A stretch of 64,000 nt of DNA from the NCBI RefSeq assembly GCF_009914755.1, contig NC_060936.1. One strand, given 5' to 3'. Below, in pieces: positions 27,625 to 41,253 of this stretch (the first letter of the stretch is position 1; every line of letters starts with the position of its first letter). Origin of the DNA: the human T2T-CHM13v2.0 reference genome, Homo sapiens. Under the pieces are notes generated by a model. It was not told where the DNA came from, did no database searches, and worked only from the letters and a program-made list of their open reading frames with translations. Position numbers and translations under genes: made by a program.

Positions 27625-27916
27625 CAGGGGCAGTGGCTCATGGCTGTAATCCCAGCACTTTGGGAGGCTGAGACAAAGGGATCGCTTGACCTCACGAATT
27701 CAAGACCAGCCTGGGCAACATGGCGAAGTCCCATCTCTACAAAAACACAACAAATTAGCCAGGCATGGTGGTGCGTGCCTGTAATCCCAGCTACCATGGA
27801 TGCTGAGGTGGGAGAACATTTGAACCCACGACCTCAAGGCTGCAGTGAGCCAAGACTGTGCCACTGCATTTCTGCCTGGGTGACACAGCAAGACCCTGTC
27901 TCAAAAAAAAAAAAAA
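27625..27916 (+). mobile_element. AluJ
   Basis: Diverged Alu dimer with A14 tail. Confidence 0.92.
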
Positions 27917-30182
27917 TCCTCCAAGTTCCAGTTTAAATTCTTTTTTAACGCAGCTTTCACTGGTTCCCCAGTCACAATCTGAATCAATCTCCCTCCTTTC
28001 CTCCCTCCCTCCCTTTCTCTGTCCTCGTCTGTCTCAGTCTCTCTCTTTCTCTTTCTCTTTTTCTCTCTCTCTCTCTCTCCTCCCCCGACCCACCCAGCCT
28101 TTGCTAGACTTTTATGCTTTTTATGGACACATCCTCCATGTCAGCTGTACTCAGCTGGTTAATTCACCAGACATGCGTTAAACAAGGCATTGAGGAAGGC
28201 ACTAAGGGCATAAAAAGGTGCCAAGGATCTCAATCCTGCCTTTGAAGAACTTACAGTCTAGAGGGGAAAACAAACACCAGAGACTCTTAAGAACGTGTGG
28301 TGAGGGCTGGAACACATATTGATTGAACTGATTCTTGGTAGCAAAGGGATTTGCAGGGCAGGAGACAGCTCATGGGAAAAGAGGACTGAGAAAGGGCATG
28401 GGATTTGGTAACCATGAGCAGAAGGCAGGGGGCAGAGCTGGACTGCAGATGCTTCACATGGAAGGGTGTTTAAAATCCTATTTTTTAAAGTAAAGGATAA
28501 ATCATAAACAAATGAAACTAACTTTCAGTTGACAATGTTTACATGCAGCATTGTATTCCATAAATACAATCAAAATTAAAACTTTCATTTCTCTAATACG
28601 CCTAATCAGGAAAAACAAGTGGAAAGTAGAAAGAAAGGAGGAAAGGGAAGGATAAAAACAAAGGCAGAGAAAAAGAATTAAGAGAGGGCCAGGAAGAGAG
28701 AGAGAGAATGAGAGAGAAATGAAAAGAGAGAGGCTGAGAGAGATACACAAAGTGATGGGGGGGAAAAAAAAAAAGAAGACCCAGGGGGAAGAGAGGAGCT
28801 GGCACAAGGCACAGGACCTTGAAGTCCTTGTAGCACCAAGGAGTAGGGCTACAAAGAAATTCCTGAAGAGCCATTCCAAGAAAGACACATTCAGAAACAG
28901 TACTCAGACACATACGCACGGTGGAGCCGGCCCAGACACAGGGATAGAAAATCAGAGTGAATAGCGGTTCAAGGAGACGCTGCAGAAATGAATCAGCCCC
29001 GGACTGCTGAGCCGTAGAAGCTCCATCTCATCCTTTTTTAGCTGTTGGAGATTGTTTTTCTAATGCTTTTTTTCTGTAAATGTGGGCTAAAATGAGGTCA
29101 CGTATTTTAGAGTTTGTCCCATGAGTCAGGTGATGGTAAGCTGGGGATCAGTAGGTCCATGGGTCAGGTGATCGCTATCTTTCTCAGTTTAAGAACAGGA
29201 AAACTTTAAACGATTTTTCAGGGTCATGAACACAGCATTGGGAGGCCTGCCAATATTTCTCAGGATTCAGCCTTTGGAATTCCTAGAGGAACTGTGAAAC
29301 CTTTTATGATTATAAATCTAATTACTTTAAATGAACAATGTACAGACCCTTAAAGGACTACTAACCCACTTCTGGTAGCTCAGTCTATATTAAATTATGA
29401 TGAAAGACACAGTAAACTGTACCTAGATTCCTAATAGGTACTTGAAAACTTCAAACTCCATTCTCCAAATCTGGAATAAATGCTATAATTAAGGTATCAC
29501 AAAAGGTATTTTCAAACTTAAAAACTGCTAAGAATTTATAGCTCTCGTAATGGGAAGTCTATTCACTAAACCAATGGGCATGAAATAATAATTTATCTCC
29601 TTTAAATTCTTAAAATTAGGCATTAGACTAGGTTATTTTTTCTAGTTATTCCTTTGTCCTTTAGAAACAAAAACAGAGAGGGATTGTCACATATAAAATA
29701 CCAAAACCAATGATTAATAATTTTTGTTAATAAGAAATAAAATTTTATTTGTCTTTCTTGCTAAAACAATAAATCTAGATATATGGAATCACATGTTCAA
29801 TTCAATTAAAAATAGGAAAAGAGCTGGAAACTAATCAATAACTTTGCTTGCTCTGAAATCCTTCTCAAATGAAGGTAAAGTTCCATCAGGGACAATACTA
29901 ATTTTTTTTAATACACATGAAAGCAGTTTATCAACCTCAAAGCACCCCACAATTGTTAGATATGATCATTAGTATATTTAATGGGAATGGACAAATGTGA
30001 TTCATATGTTAAATAGCGTCTGTGTGATATTTTTTACCAGGTTTGTCATTAACTTAAAAAAATAAAATTATATTGATAGCATTTCAGAATATTTACACAG
30101 TGATTTGGAACAAAAAGGGTAAGAAGTTAAATCAATAAGCAAAATTACATCTTTGTCACCTAGCTTCTGTTAGGCAACACAC

Positions 30183-30376
30183 CTGCAAAATCTCAATGAT
30201 CTTCAGCTTGGTGTCCATCACAGTCACATCCTCGTGCTCGGTGGGGCTCCCTTGCTTGCTCGGGTGGATGCTGGGTGGCACATCCGGCACGCTCATGGGG
30301 AAGATGGAGCCTCTACTGAGTACCATCTGGGTCATCATCTCTCCCACCCCATGAATGGTTCTCATCACATTGTTTC
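30183..30376 (-). CDS. ITPR2: ITPR2 exon H, 194 nt: [14 protein letters not shown]...KIIEILQ
   Basis: cag|GA AAC ... TTG CAG|gtgtgt, phase 1-0; follows a 21.9-kb intron. Confidence 0.96.
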
Positions 30377-32920
30377 CTGGCATGAGAAAATGCCGTAAGT
30401 CAACACACACAACCCCTGGAGATCATGTAACTATAAAACTCAGTTAGTCACAACCACACTGAAAAGCAGCCAGGAAAAGGATTCAGGATAAGACAGAATA
30501 GCATAAGCATTGTTTGGGCTCTTTCTTTACAGATAAAATTAAGATATTGCAGACATGTTTCAAAATGACAACTTTTAAAAATGGAAATTTTCCTTTTTCA
30601 GAAAATGCTTTCAAATCATGTAACAAAGGTGAGCAGGTTGCTCTAACATCCAAATCAGGTCCTTCTGTAACACAGTATGTCCTACTAACTGTCATACCAA
30701 TAGGCCCTTGCTTTTACAATAATGCAAAAGAAGATTACTAATCGCCAAGATAAAGTGAGTTGCAAGTGGGGATACAAAGACTGCCTAAAAACATTTAGAT
30801 ATTGAATTCCAGCATCATAATCTGATCCTCAAACCAGGGATTTTTTAGCTTTCCTTTCATAACACTTATAAAAAGAGCTTGTGAGGAGGACTGTTACCTT
30901 TATTTTAAGAAAAAATAGTCTCATCTGGGGAAGACATATGCATTAGCCAATACACTTCCCATTCCTTCATCCAATTTGAATAGAAAACCATTACTCAAAA
31001 TCCACAGAAAGCAATAATGTTTGAGGTGATTATGGAAACAAGCTAGTGACAAACATGATCATTTTCAATGAGGGAGGGATCACGCTCTTTCCGTCTCTTT
31101 CTGAATTTGGCTTCTCCTTTATTTGCTGATAAAATGTCATCATTCGTATCATGCACACGTTCCTTACACTGACCACAAATAGCTGTATCCAAGGATCCTC
31201 CTTAACACTATGACAATTTATGTTCTCCAGCCTGAATGCTGCTTCTCACTTCTAAGTTCCCACAGGAAGCAATAAGGATGCAAAAGAATGGCTGTCTCCA
31301 TTCCTTTCCAAACAGTGGTCTTTGCTTCGTGGGTGTTCATGGAGCTCTGCCTTAAGCAAAGGCCTAAGAATCTGGCTAAGAATTTTCCTTTCCCTCAGTG
31401 TCTCAGGGCGTAAACCAAGAGAAAGAGAAATGGAAATAAGATGGGATGAGATTTTTATTAAAAAAAAAAAAACTCTGAGCTCTAAGAGAAGAATGTAAAC
31501 CATGGTAATACCTACAGGATCGAAAGGCAAACAAATAAAAAGAAAATATGTAAAAGATGACAAGAGAATCTGAATGGTCCAGACCACAATTACCATTAAG
31601 CCACTGGTAAAGACTATTATCTGTACATTGTGAAAAGGTAAAATGCCTTTGAAAATTCATTATCTTATCTGTATATGGAATCAATTTAAGTGTAAGAGGG
31701 TAGTGCTTCAGTAATACATCTTAGAGTACACAAAGAAGTTACATTTTTCCTAAAGTGGCATAGTCCAGGCAGAAGTTTTCATTTTGAAGGTCTGAGACCT
31801 TTTATTACACTGCTACTTGCATAAGCCAAAAAACACGACAAAATGTATATATAAGTGTAATTTCCAAGTTCGGACAAAATTGAGGCAAAAGGATTTGAGC
31901 CAGCCCCTCTTTTCTATCAGAATAGCCTTGAGGCAGAATGCTTCATTGTCTGTGGTTCTCAAACAATCATAGCAATTGAGTATTTCAACATCCCTCCCCC
32001 TGCTTGCTACATGGACTGCAGGGAGGCACATCTGGTTGTTGGCAATGATTTTGAGCCATCGATATTTAACCACTACCTTTATCTGAGACTTGATTCAAGT
32101 ATGTATACGTGTTTGCCTCCAAGAGATGCTTTCTCACTACTAATACAGAACAGGCTCCTTTGTTATTCTTACCCCTGATTCACACACAAATCCTTGGCAC
32201 CCACAGTGTCTGCATCTTATTTAGATTTGCATGGAAAATAATCCTTTAATCCAAATGATTACTACACAGAAAGTTAGCCCAGACAATTCTTTCCCCCAAA
32301 TATAGATCCTGTCACCAAGGAATTAAAATCCAGAGGCCAGATCCATAGTAATTTGTAACACATGTCGTCAATGAAATGGGAGGGTTCACTCAGTCATACC
32401 ACATTCTCAGATGCCTGTGGCACGTGGTCGCCACAAACCTCACTTGACATTTCCATGTATGGCCAGCTCAGAGGCCTCAAATTAAAAATGCTACATTTTC
32501 TGGATTTGGTTGGTGGTGATGAGAAGTGCTAAAATTGTGAACCATTACAGCTTGAAAAACATGAAGTCAGACACTGCATAAATCACAGCCATGCAAAGCT
32601 TCTAATATCCATTCCTCCAGAGAAAAACTTCTAATTCTAAACTGTTGAGATAAATCAGAGGTGATTAATCCTCAACATTGCAAAAAAAGAAATTGTACTA
32701 CTTCTCAACCATAATTAGTTAATATTGACTGGAAAGTTTTCAGTGAAAAAGCCTACTATAATATAAATTCTCTGAACAACCTAATGCTTACAAATTCAGC
32801 TTTTCTGTGTCTTTTATATAAACCCAGCAGCCAGAATTGGCATTTGTGTACAAAGTGTAATGAGATAATTTGAAAATATGGAAGTCATCTTTGCTAAGTA
32901 CAAAGTAAGAAGGAAGGAAA

Positions 32921-33225
32921 CGCCAGGCACGGTGGCTCATGCCTGTAATCCTAGCACTTTGGGAGGCCAAGGCGGGTGGATCACTTGAGGCCAGGAGATG
33001 AGACCAGCCTGATCAACATGGTGAAACCCTGTCTCTGTTAAAAATACAAAAACTAGCCGGGCGTGCTTGTGGGCACTGGTAATTTCAGCTACTCGGGAGG
33101 CTGAGGCAGGAGTATTGCTTGAAGCTGGAAGGCAGAGGTACTAGTGAGTTGAGACTGCACCACCGCACTCCAGCCCAGGCAACAGAGCAAGACTTCATCT
33201 CAAAAAAAAAAAAAAAAAAAAAAAA
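32921..33225 (+). mobile_element. AluS
   Basis: Alu dimer with a tail of about 24 A. Confidence 0.95.
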
Positions 33226-34419
33226 GGAAGGGACTGCTTAGAAAGAATGACGGGTCAACTTTTCAGGTTCTTTCATTATATGATTACATAGATATTTTTA
33301 GTAACCTTAATTCCCTCAAGAAAAAAAATCTAAAAGACAGGTATAGCAAATGCATACTGAGAGCGGTAACTGGGAATGCTTGGGGAATACATTGCTTTGT
33401 TCTTTGATTGTTCCAGTGAGCCAAGCTCCTACTGCCCATTTCAGGAAAGTGAAAAGCAATAAGGAATTAACCAACCTAACACTACAGCTGTGCTGACCAT
33501 AATTTAATTTTGCCCTATTCAGAAATAATTTTACTGTGGTGATCACACTATTGGGTTCAACAACCACTAGCAGCTACATGAATTTATAGCAGGTGTAAGA
33601 GATTTAACAGAATATTGATTGAAATTTACTTAAGTCTGCTGGTATTTATTTTATTTAAAGTTATATTTATTCTCTCTTTTTATTAGAAATGCTTTTCTCT
33701 TATGAACACATAAGAAAATGATAATTTGAATTTTCTTGTTGTTTAGATATCAGACATTTCTGAAACATTCTCAGCATTTATAAGAGATAACAGACACATT
33801 TGATTCTAAGAGTTTTGTGAATAATTGTTCACAGTCATTTAATTGTTCTATGACTACTAAAATCAGCTCAATGTTTTATCATAATAGAGGCCAAAAATGG
33901 ATAATCCAAAAACTATTATTTTCCCTGAAACATATTTTTAATAGTTGGATTTGAATAAATGCATCTGCTGTTATAATAACTCATCTGAAACCGAATGATG
34001 TTCAACCATGAAGACATGATTCTGGAAGTCTTCCTATTTCCCATCCCAGCTTAGCAGCTCCTTATAAACCTGCCCTTGCTGGAAAATATCTTTACTTTCT
34101 AGAACTAGAGCAGTTTTCTATTTCAAACATTCCCTGGAGCAGTACTTCCTCCCAGTGGCTGAGGGTCTGGGTTATAAAAGGACTTTTCTGTATGCAAAGA
34201 AAACAAAAACATTAGCATAAGATCAAAGCCTTAATTAAGCTAGTAACCACAGAGCAGTAGGTAATATGGTAGCAACCTGGGTTAAGGGGAAGATCAAGAT
34301 TAAACAGCCAGAGAAAGCAATTTTATCTAACCAGCAGTCCCAATTCCAAGTAAGATCACAGTATTTTGGAAAGCTGGATAGCTAGTTCTACGTAGTACAT
34401 ACATGCATGGTTTTTATTC

Positions 34420-34800
34420 CATGTGCCGAACCTACAGGGAACTTGCTATAACTTTGCCTTGTGTTCTTGTGTCCAGACGGTCACACAACTTGCTCCCTCA
34501 CTCCTTTCTGATTTGTGGTGCAATGTCACCTCCATAGGTAGACCTCTTCTGGCCACCCTCTCTGAAGAACTTCCATCACTCTCAATCCATGCACCCCCTT
34601 TAAATTTCGGTCATGGCATTAACACTGTCTCATATCATATCATATATTTGTCTGTGTGTTTATTGCAGTCCCCCTCTCCAACAACATAAAACACGAGTTC
34701 CATGAGGACAGGGAGTCTACCTTTTTCTAACACCTGGAATAGTGTCCGATGCCCAACTCTTATTTAATAAATGTTTGTCAAAGTAACGCATGAATAACAA
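34420..34800 (+). mobile_element. L2 3' fragment
   Basis: aatgtcacctccataggtagaccttctctggccacc...gttccatgaggacaggg...aataaatgtttg. Confidence 0.65.
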
Positions 34801-36979
34801 AGATTGGATAACAAAATGAACTATTAAAAATGAGAATGACTTATTGTAATAAGGTTTATATAAAAAGTTGGGTCTCATTAAAGGTACTTCATCTTTCATC
34901 AAGTTGAGTTTTTGCTTACTTTCCTTTATACTTCTCCCTTTTTTCAAAAAGCATACATAATTTCACATTACTTAAAAATTTATTAAAAGGAAAAAATTAA
35001 TAAAATAGATACCAATGAGATAAGGGAAAATAATGAAACCTGTCTTTATCAGGGGCTTATCATATTGTGTGTACCTTGCTAGACCACAGGCCACATATAC
35101 CCTTCACCTCATTGGATCCTCACAGCACGGTGGGGGTTGGGAGACGAATTCCAGTTTACATAGCTAGGAAGTGGCAGAGTCTCAAGTACACATCAACTGA
35201 TCTCAGCATGAATCATGTTTTCCCACACCAGGTTGGTTCACTAACAGACTTTACAAAGTTCCAAAATTTTTATACTAGAATTCAGAAAGCCCTAATGCAA
35301 TTACAGAAGAAAAGATTCCAATTAAAACTGTGTACTGAAAATGTAGAATTTCCATTAATCATATGATAAATTTGCTCACATTATTCTGAAGTGATCTTAC
35401 CCAACCAGCTTTTATTACATATCATGTGCCACATACTACCAGTGGTATTTTGCTTATATTATACAATTTAATTTTAGAAGCAGCCCTTGTTCAGAAAGTA
35501 TTCATAAAGTACCTAATGTTCATCTGGCTCTATACCAGGGACATCTCAGGTGGGAAGATATAAGAAAGGAAGAAGAATTTACAATATGGTCAGGAAAACA
35601 TAAAATGTGCCCATAAAAAAATTAAGAACAAGTACAAGACAGATATGATGGTAGTAGTATAGCATGGACAGCACACAAAATTGCTTAGGAATTTTTTTTA
35701 ACTGGGAAATTATCTTAGAGTGAGGGCAGTGAAAGACAGTTTCACAAAGGATATACAATTTTTAACGAGGTTTTGAACGAAGTGAAAGATTTAGATTACA
35801 GAAGTGTGATATTTGTCAAATCATGTCATCATCCTATGTTCAAAATCTTAATCCTATAAAATAGGTTGGGCCTTCTTGTAAGAATAAAATTATATAATAT
35901 GTGCAAAAAAAGCCATGAACAATAAAAAAGTACCATATAATTGTAAGGTATTATTTCAAAAATGAAAAGTAGAGGACATCTGCATGCTTTCGCTACACCT
36001 CTGAAAAACAACTCTTCTCCATTTAATTATGTTCCATTATAGTGGTCACCACCTTACTAATGAATATGTGGTTTCATCATATAATTATAGTTCATAATGT
36101 CTTATAATACGGCATGATCAAAACACAATATTGACTCTAAATGGAGATGTCCTTCAGAAGAGTGTTTAATAAAGAATACTTAATGGAAGAAGCAGATAAT
36201 ATGATACCTAATTTTCTTCATTCTAAATAAAACACCACTGAATACAGTGTATTAATAGACTGCTTACAGATTCCAACTTTACAAGGGCTTAGAAATAGAA
36301 CAAAACAAAAACCAACCAAAAGCATGTAACCAAAGTGTAGTAATGTTATTATCCATCTTTTATTGAATATCAAGTAGACTACTTAGAAGAAAACTGTTTT
36401 ACATCCCACACACTAAAGAAGTGTTATTCAAAGGATTAACTGAAAAAGCAATTCATATAAAATAGTGGCTGTGTTCTGCATCTTATTTTGGATTTCATCA
36501 CTGTCAAATATTGACAAAGTCATTTCAATATTCCAAATCTCAAGATTTCAATTTGCAAAACTGATCTTCAATGATTAATAGTTGGTAATGGAAGTAATAA
36601 ATGAATGTACATGCTGTTTTCATAAGTGAAATGTAATTTACTTACAGTGAAATGCACTGATCATAAATGAAAGGTTTGAGCAGTTCTCATAAAGGCATAT
36701 ACCATACGAACCACATGCAAACCAGTTACTGAAAATTTCCATCACCCTAGAAAGCTCTCTTGTGCCCTTTCACAGTCAATTCCCCCCAAATTTCTCCCCA
36801 GCCCCACGACCAAAGGCAACGATGCTCTTGATTTCTCACACCACAGACACATGTATTGGCTAATGTAGAGTTTCATAGGTATGAGTTTGGTTAAGTGATT
36901 ATGCCAAAGAATACTGGGTAACTGATCAATGTTAAAGCACAGAAGGGCCTTTAGTTCTTTGCTGCTTTGTTCTTGCCTT

Positions 36980-37770
36980 GACTAGATCAGTATTTTCGTC
37001 ATTGACTTGGGTGAAGTCAGAGATAGCATGTTTCTCAAATGCAAAGATAACATGAAACAAGGGAGGATGGCTAATATAGTGAATGACTCTACCAAATTCC
37101 AAAACTACACAAATAGGAAGAAAATAACAGGTTAAATCCAACATGGTAAATTCAAAATATAAAAGGTGCTACATGCTTAGGGCCAAAGAAAACCAACTCA
37201 AGTACATGATGTGGGAAAATGTGATGTAAAAGAAAACAAATTAGAATTTTAGTTGAGTTCAAGTTTAGTAGGAATCAATACTATGTCATTGTTAACAAAA
37301 CACTCATTTTCACCTAGGCTACATTATAAAAGGGTTCAGAATGAGGCGAATGTAGCCATCTTTGCTTCTGTGCCAGTCAAATCAGTGATAAATTAGATTG
37401 AGTCATAAGAGGAACTGCTACAGGAATTGCATAGGACTATACAGAGAGGAGGGGGGACGCAGGTGATGTGCTAGCCATTTTCAAGCACAGAAAGACCTGA
37501 CATGTGGAAGGGATGTTGTATTTCTGTGCAGCTCAACAAGCAACAGAAGTAAGGCTGCTTGCTGGAAGTGAGAGGGAAGTCTACATATAGGATAACCAAA
37601 CAAAAAAGACCTAATAATTAGAGCTATGAAAAATAAGAAAGGCCTACCCTTTGCGGAAGTAAAATCTTGGTCACTCTAGGTGTTCAAGGAGATCCTATGT
37701 GACCATTTGTAATGGGTGTTGCATGAAGATATGAAGCTCATATATTATATAGATAATTTATATGGTTCCT
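36980..37770 (+). mobile_element. L3/CR1 remnant
   Basis: CR1-like RT/3' remnants (cattgacttgggtgaag..., ggtgctacatgcttagggccaaagaaaaccaactcaagtacatgatg, ggtgttcaagg). Confidence 0.55.
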
Positions 37771-37786
37771 TTCTATGCCAGCATTC

Positions 37787-38328
37787 TTTTTTTTTTAAAT
37801 TATACTTTAAGTTTTAGGGTACATGTGCACAACGTGCTGGTTAGTTACATATGTATACATGTGCCATGTTGGTGTGCTGCACCCAGTAACTCGTCATTTA
37901 ACATTAGGTATATCTCCTGATGCTATCCCTCCCCGCTCCCCCCACCCCACGACAGTCCCCAGAGTGTGATGTTCCCCTTCCTGTGTCCATGTGTTCTCAT
38001 TGTTCAATTCCCACCTATGAGTGAGAATATGCGGTGTTTGGTTTTTTGTCCTTGTGATAGTTTGCTGAGAATGATGGTTTCCAGCTTCATCCATGTCCCT
38101 ACAAAGGACATGAACTCATCATTTTTTATGGCTGCATAGTATTCCATGGTGTATATGTGCCACATTTTCTTAATCCAGTCTATCGTTGTTGGACATTTGG
38201 GTTGGTTCCAAGTCTTTGCTACTGTGAATAGTGCCACAATAAACATACATGTGCATGTGTCTTTAAAGCAGCATGATTTATAATCCTTTGGGTATATACC
38301 CAGTAATGGGATTGCTGAGTCAAATGGG
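37787..38328 (-). mobile_element. L1PA3-like 5'-truncated L1, sense to ITPR2
   Basis: ORF 38004..38369 contains the L1 ORF2 C-terminus (PFDSAIPLLGIYPKDYKSCC...WHIYTMEYYAAIK); perfect 15-bp TSD tctatgccagcattc at 37772-37786 and 38329-38343. Confidence 0.95.
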
Positions 38329-38608
38329 TCTATGCCAGCATTCGATAAGTTTGTGTTGGGTTCTAACAATAAGCCTTATCATAGGTCACCAGAGATTGTG
38401 AGAACTGGGGAGCCTATGCAAGTGTATTAACACTTGAAGACATCAGATGCTGAGGCTCAAGCAATATTTATAACTACAGAAAAATAACTGTAGTAGACAG
38501 CTTAGAACAACATGACCCTCTTCAGTCATTCTCATTATTTGTAAAGTCATTCTTAGGGATTGATCCTGCCCTATTAACTCAGTTAGGCAATGTGAGTAGA
38601 AAAACAAT

Positions 38609-38704
38609 CAGCAAACCACCATGGCACATGTTTACCTATGTAACAAACCGCTACGTCCTAAACATTTATCCCAGAACTTAAAAAAAAATTTAATTAAAAA
38701 AAAA
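38609..38704 (+). mobile_element. Short L1PA 3'-terminal fragment
   Basis: cagcaaaccaccatggcacatgtttacctatgtaacaaacc...cccagaacttaaaa. Confidence 0.85.
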
Positions 38705-40577
38705 CATATACTTAGAATGTTACAATCTAGTAATATTGTTTTGATTCAAACATATTTGTATAAAGCATATAATTTACATATATTAAATTCATTTCACTCA
38801 ATAAATATTTTTGAAAACCTATTAGGTATATAGTAATATATTAGACATGGTACAAGTCCCCCATAGAACCAGAAATAGAATCTATTTTGATAATTTTCCC
38901 CCCAGTATGATACTCTCAGTCAATAAATCTGAATCTCTGTTATTGAATCATCTATGTAGTAACTCTAAGAACCATAGAGTCTTCTATAAGTCTATTGGAA
39001 AAGACAACCTTATGAAAAATAATCATAAAATTAAGAAAGACACAAGTATATATTTGAAATATTAGGGTCTCTAAATATTTTTTGTGCTTCAAATGCATAA
39101 ATGCTTTATAAGGCATGTCACACACATTCATCCTAACGACAGTGAGATATGAAAGTATATCTGAGATACTCATATGAGTAGCTCACAGAAAGGTGTCGAA
39201 GGAGATACAATTGCTTAGTATTACTGGGGAAACAGCAGGAGACAGAGCTGGAGATGTCTAACTCAGATTATGAAGACCCTTGGGCACCAATTTAAAGAGC
39301 TGAGTTATTATTCTCTGGAGATGATGAGAGCTAAATAAAGAAGTAGAGTATGTGATTTAGAAAGATCCTTACGTTGGAATGTGGAGAAAGAGTCAAAACA
39401 CAGAGTCAGAGAGAACAATCAAATTTATTTCAGGAAAGGAAGAGGAATACTTAGCTTCAAGAGATCTTTAGCTGGTAAAACTTTTAAGACTTGCAATTGA
39501 AACTTTTCTGAGACAAGCCAAACAACCATTCACAAAGGAGTGATTCTTTGTTTAAAAAAAAAAAAAATCTCTCTTTAATATGACCTGAAAAATAACTTCC
39601 AGCCAAATCAAAACTCTTTCGTAGATATGTACTACATTGTGCTGAACTTTCTTGGGAAACTTGGAAAAAGTAGAAAAGAGTCTTTGCACATGAGGAAGTC
39701 AACTGTGTATAAAGAAAGCAATAAAATAATAATAGAAAGAATATCAACTGTAAAGCTGTAGGTTTTTTTTTTAAAGAAGAGAGAAAAAGAAAAAGAAAAG
39801 AAACCTGAATTCAAAATTTCCAGCAAGCTACATACAAGCTGTATGATCTTAGGCAAAGTATATAAGCTGTTGAAAAGCTTATTTCCTGGACACAATCAGG
39901 ACCATAATATCCGACACGCTGGACTGCAATAAGGATTAACAATAAAAATATGCAAAAGACCTAGAGGTGTGCTAGGTATTCTATATAAGTAATAGATACC
40001 TTTACATAGAAATCCCTTGCCTGATGTGTAGCCTGGCATCCGTTACATAGTTATTCTCCCCCTACTTTACTATGTGCATTTGATTTTTAAAAGGAACATG
40101 ATCTAGTGTAGAGCATGTGTTTGACACCCTCTTGACACAGAGAAAAGCTGGGAGGTGGAATGAGGAGAGTCCTTTTAGGCACCGTTGACAACTAAAAGAA
40201 AGTCCAATAGTCATACAGATACTTTTTATAAAACTTATAAAAGCTTAGAAGGAAAAAACAAACAAACAAACAGAAAAGTAAAAGACATTACACATTAAGC
40301 CAGAAAGGGCTTAGAGGCACAGCCAGCATAGCACAAAGCTGGTGAGAGAACCAGCCTCAGGACTTCAAAATGGCACAGAAAAATCTTTCTCAGCTCCTGA
40401 GGAACAGCATCCTGCAAAAGGCTTGCTGCCTAGAGCAGGTTTCTGATGCCAGTGATTCTGGGGCACCTGGAAATAGGAAGCTTCTAGCCATTGTTTTCAT
40501 GTCTAGAATTTTATTACATGTTTAAATGTTATAATTTATTTTTATTTTTCTCCATAATCTCTATTTCCTATGACACC

Positions 40578-41089
40578 TGCTATGACTTGAATGTGTCCCC
40601 CAAAGCTCACATGTTGGAAACTAGATCTCCAATGTTGTGAAGTTGGGAGGTGGGACCTTTAAAGGGTATTGAAGTCATGAGAGCACCACCCTTATGAATG
40701 GATTAATGGCATTATCCCAGGAGTGGGTTTTTTGTGAAAGAATAAGTTTAGCGCTATCTTGCTCTCTCACACTCTTGCTTTCTCTTTGCCCTCCCACTAA
40801 GAGATGACACAGCAAGGAGATCTTTGCCAGATGCTGGCCTCTCAACCCTTGGCTTCCCAGCCTCCGGAGCTGTGAGCAATAAATTTCTGTTCCTTATACA
40901 TTACCCAGTCTCAGGCATTCTGCAAAAGATATTACTCATTAATCCAGAAAGGACTTAGAGGTGCAGCCAGCATAGCACAAAGCTGACAAGAGAACCAGAC
41001 TCAGAACATGACAATGGCACAGAAATGTTCCTCAGCATCTGAAAAACAGCATTCCAAAAAAGGCCTGCTGTGCAAAATGGACCAAGACA
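40578..41089 (+). mobile_element. MaLR solo LTR (MSTD-like) with a 147-bp non-LTR insert near its 3' end
   Basis: tgctatgacttgaatgtgtcccccaaag...aataaatttctgttcc...ttacccagtctcaggcattctg[insert]caaaatggaccaagaca. Confidence 0.8.
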
Positions 41090-41253
41090 AGATCTTAGTC
41101 TTGACCCAAAATGTTTCCAATCAGGGCATTTTCTAGGAAGATAATTGTGGTGGATGCTGTGATGCTCCTGCCCAGATTCCCTTTCAGAAGTGAAGGTCTA
41201 CTCCCCAAGCTGCTGGAGTGCTACTCAGAAGACAGCACTCAACTGCCAGCCCC

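Noticed and set aside
38004-38369. 121-aa ORF with Cys-rich L1 ORF2 C-terminus
   Set aside because: Part of a 540-bp 5'-truncated L1 with no promoter, endonuclease or RT domain.
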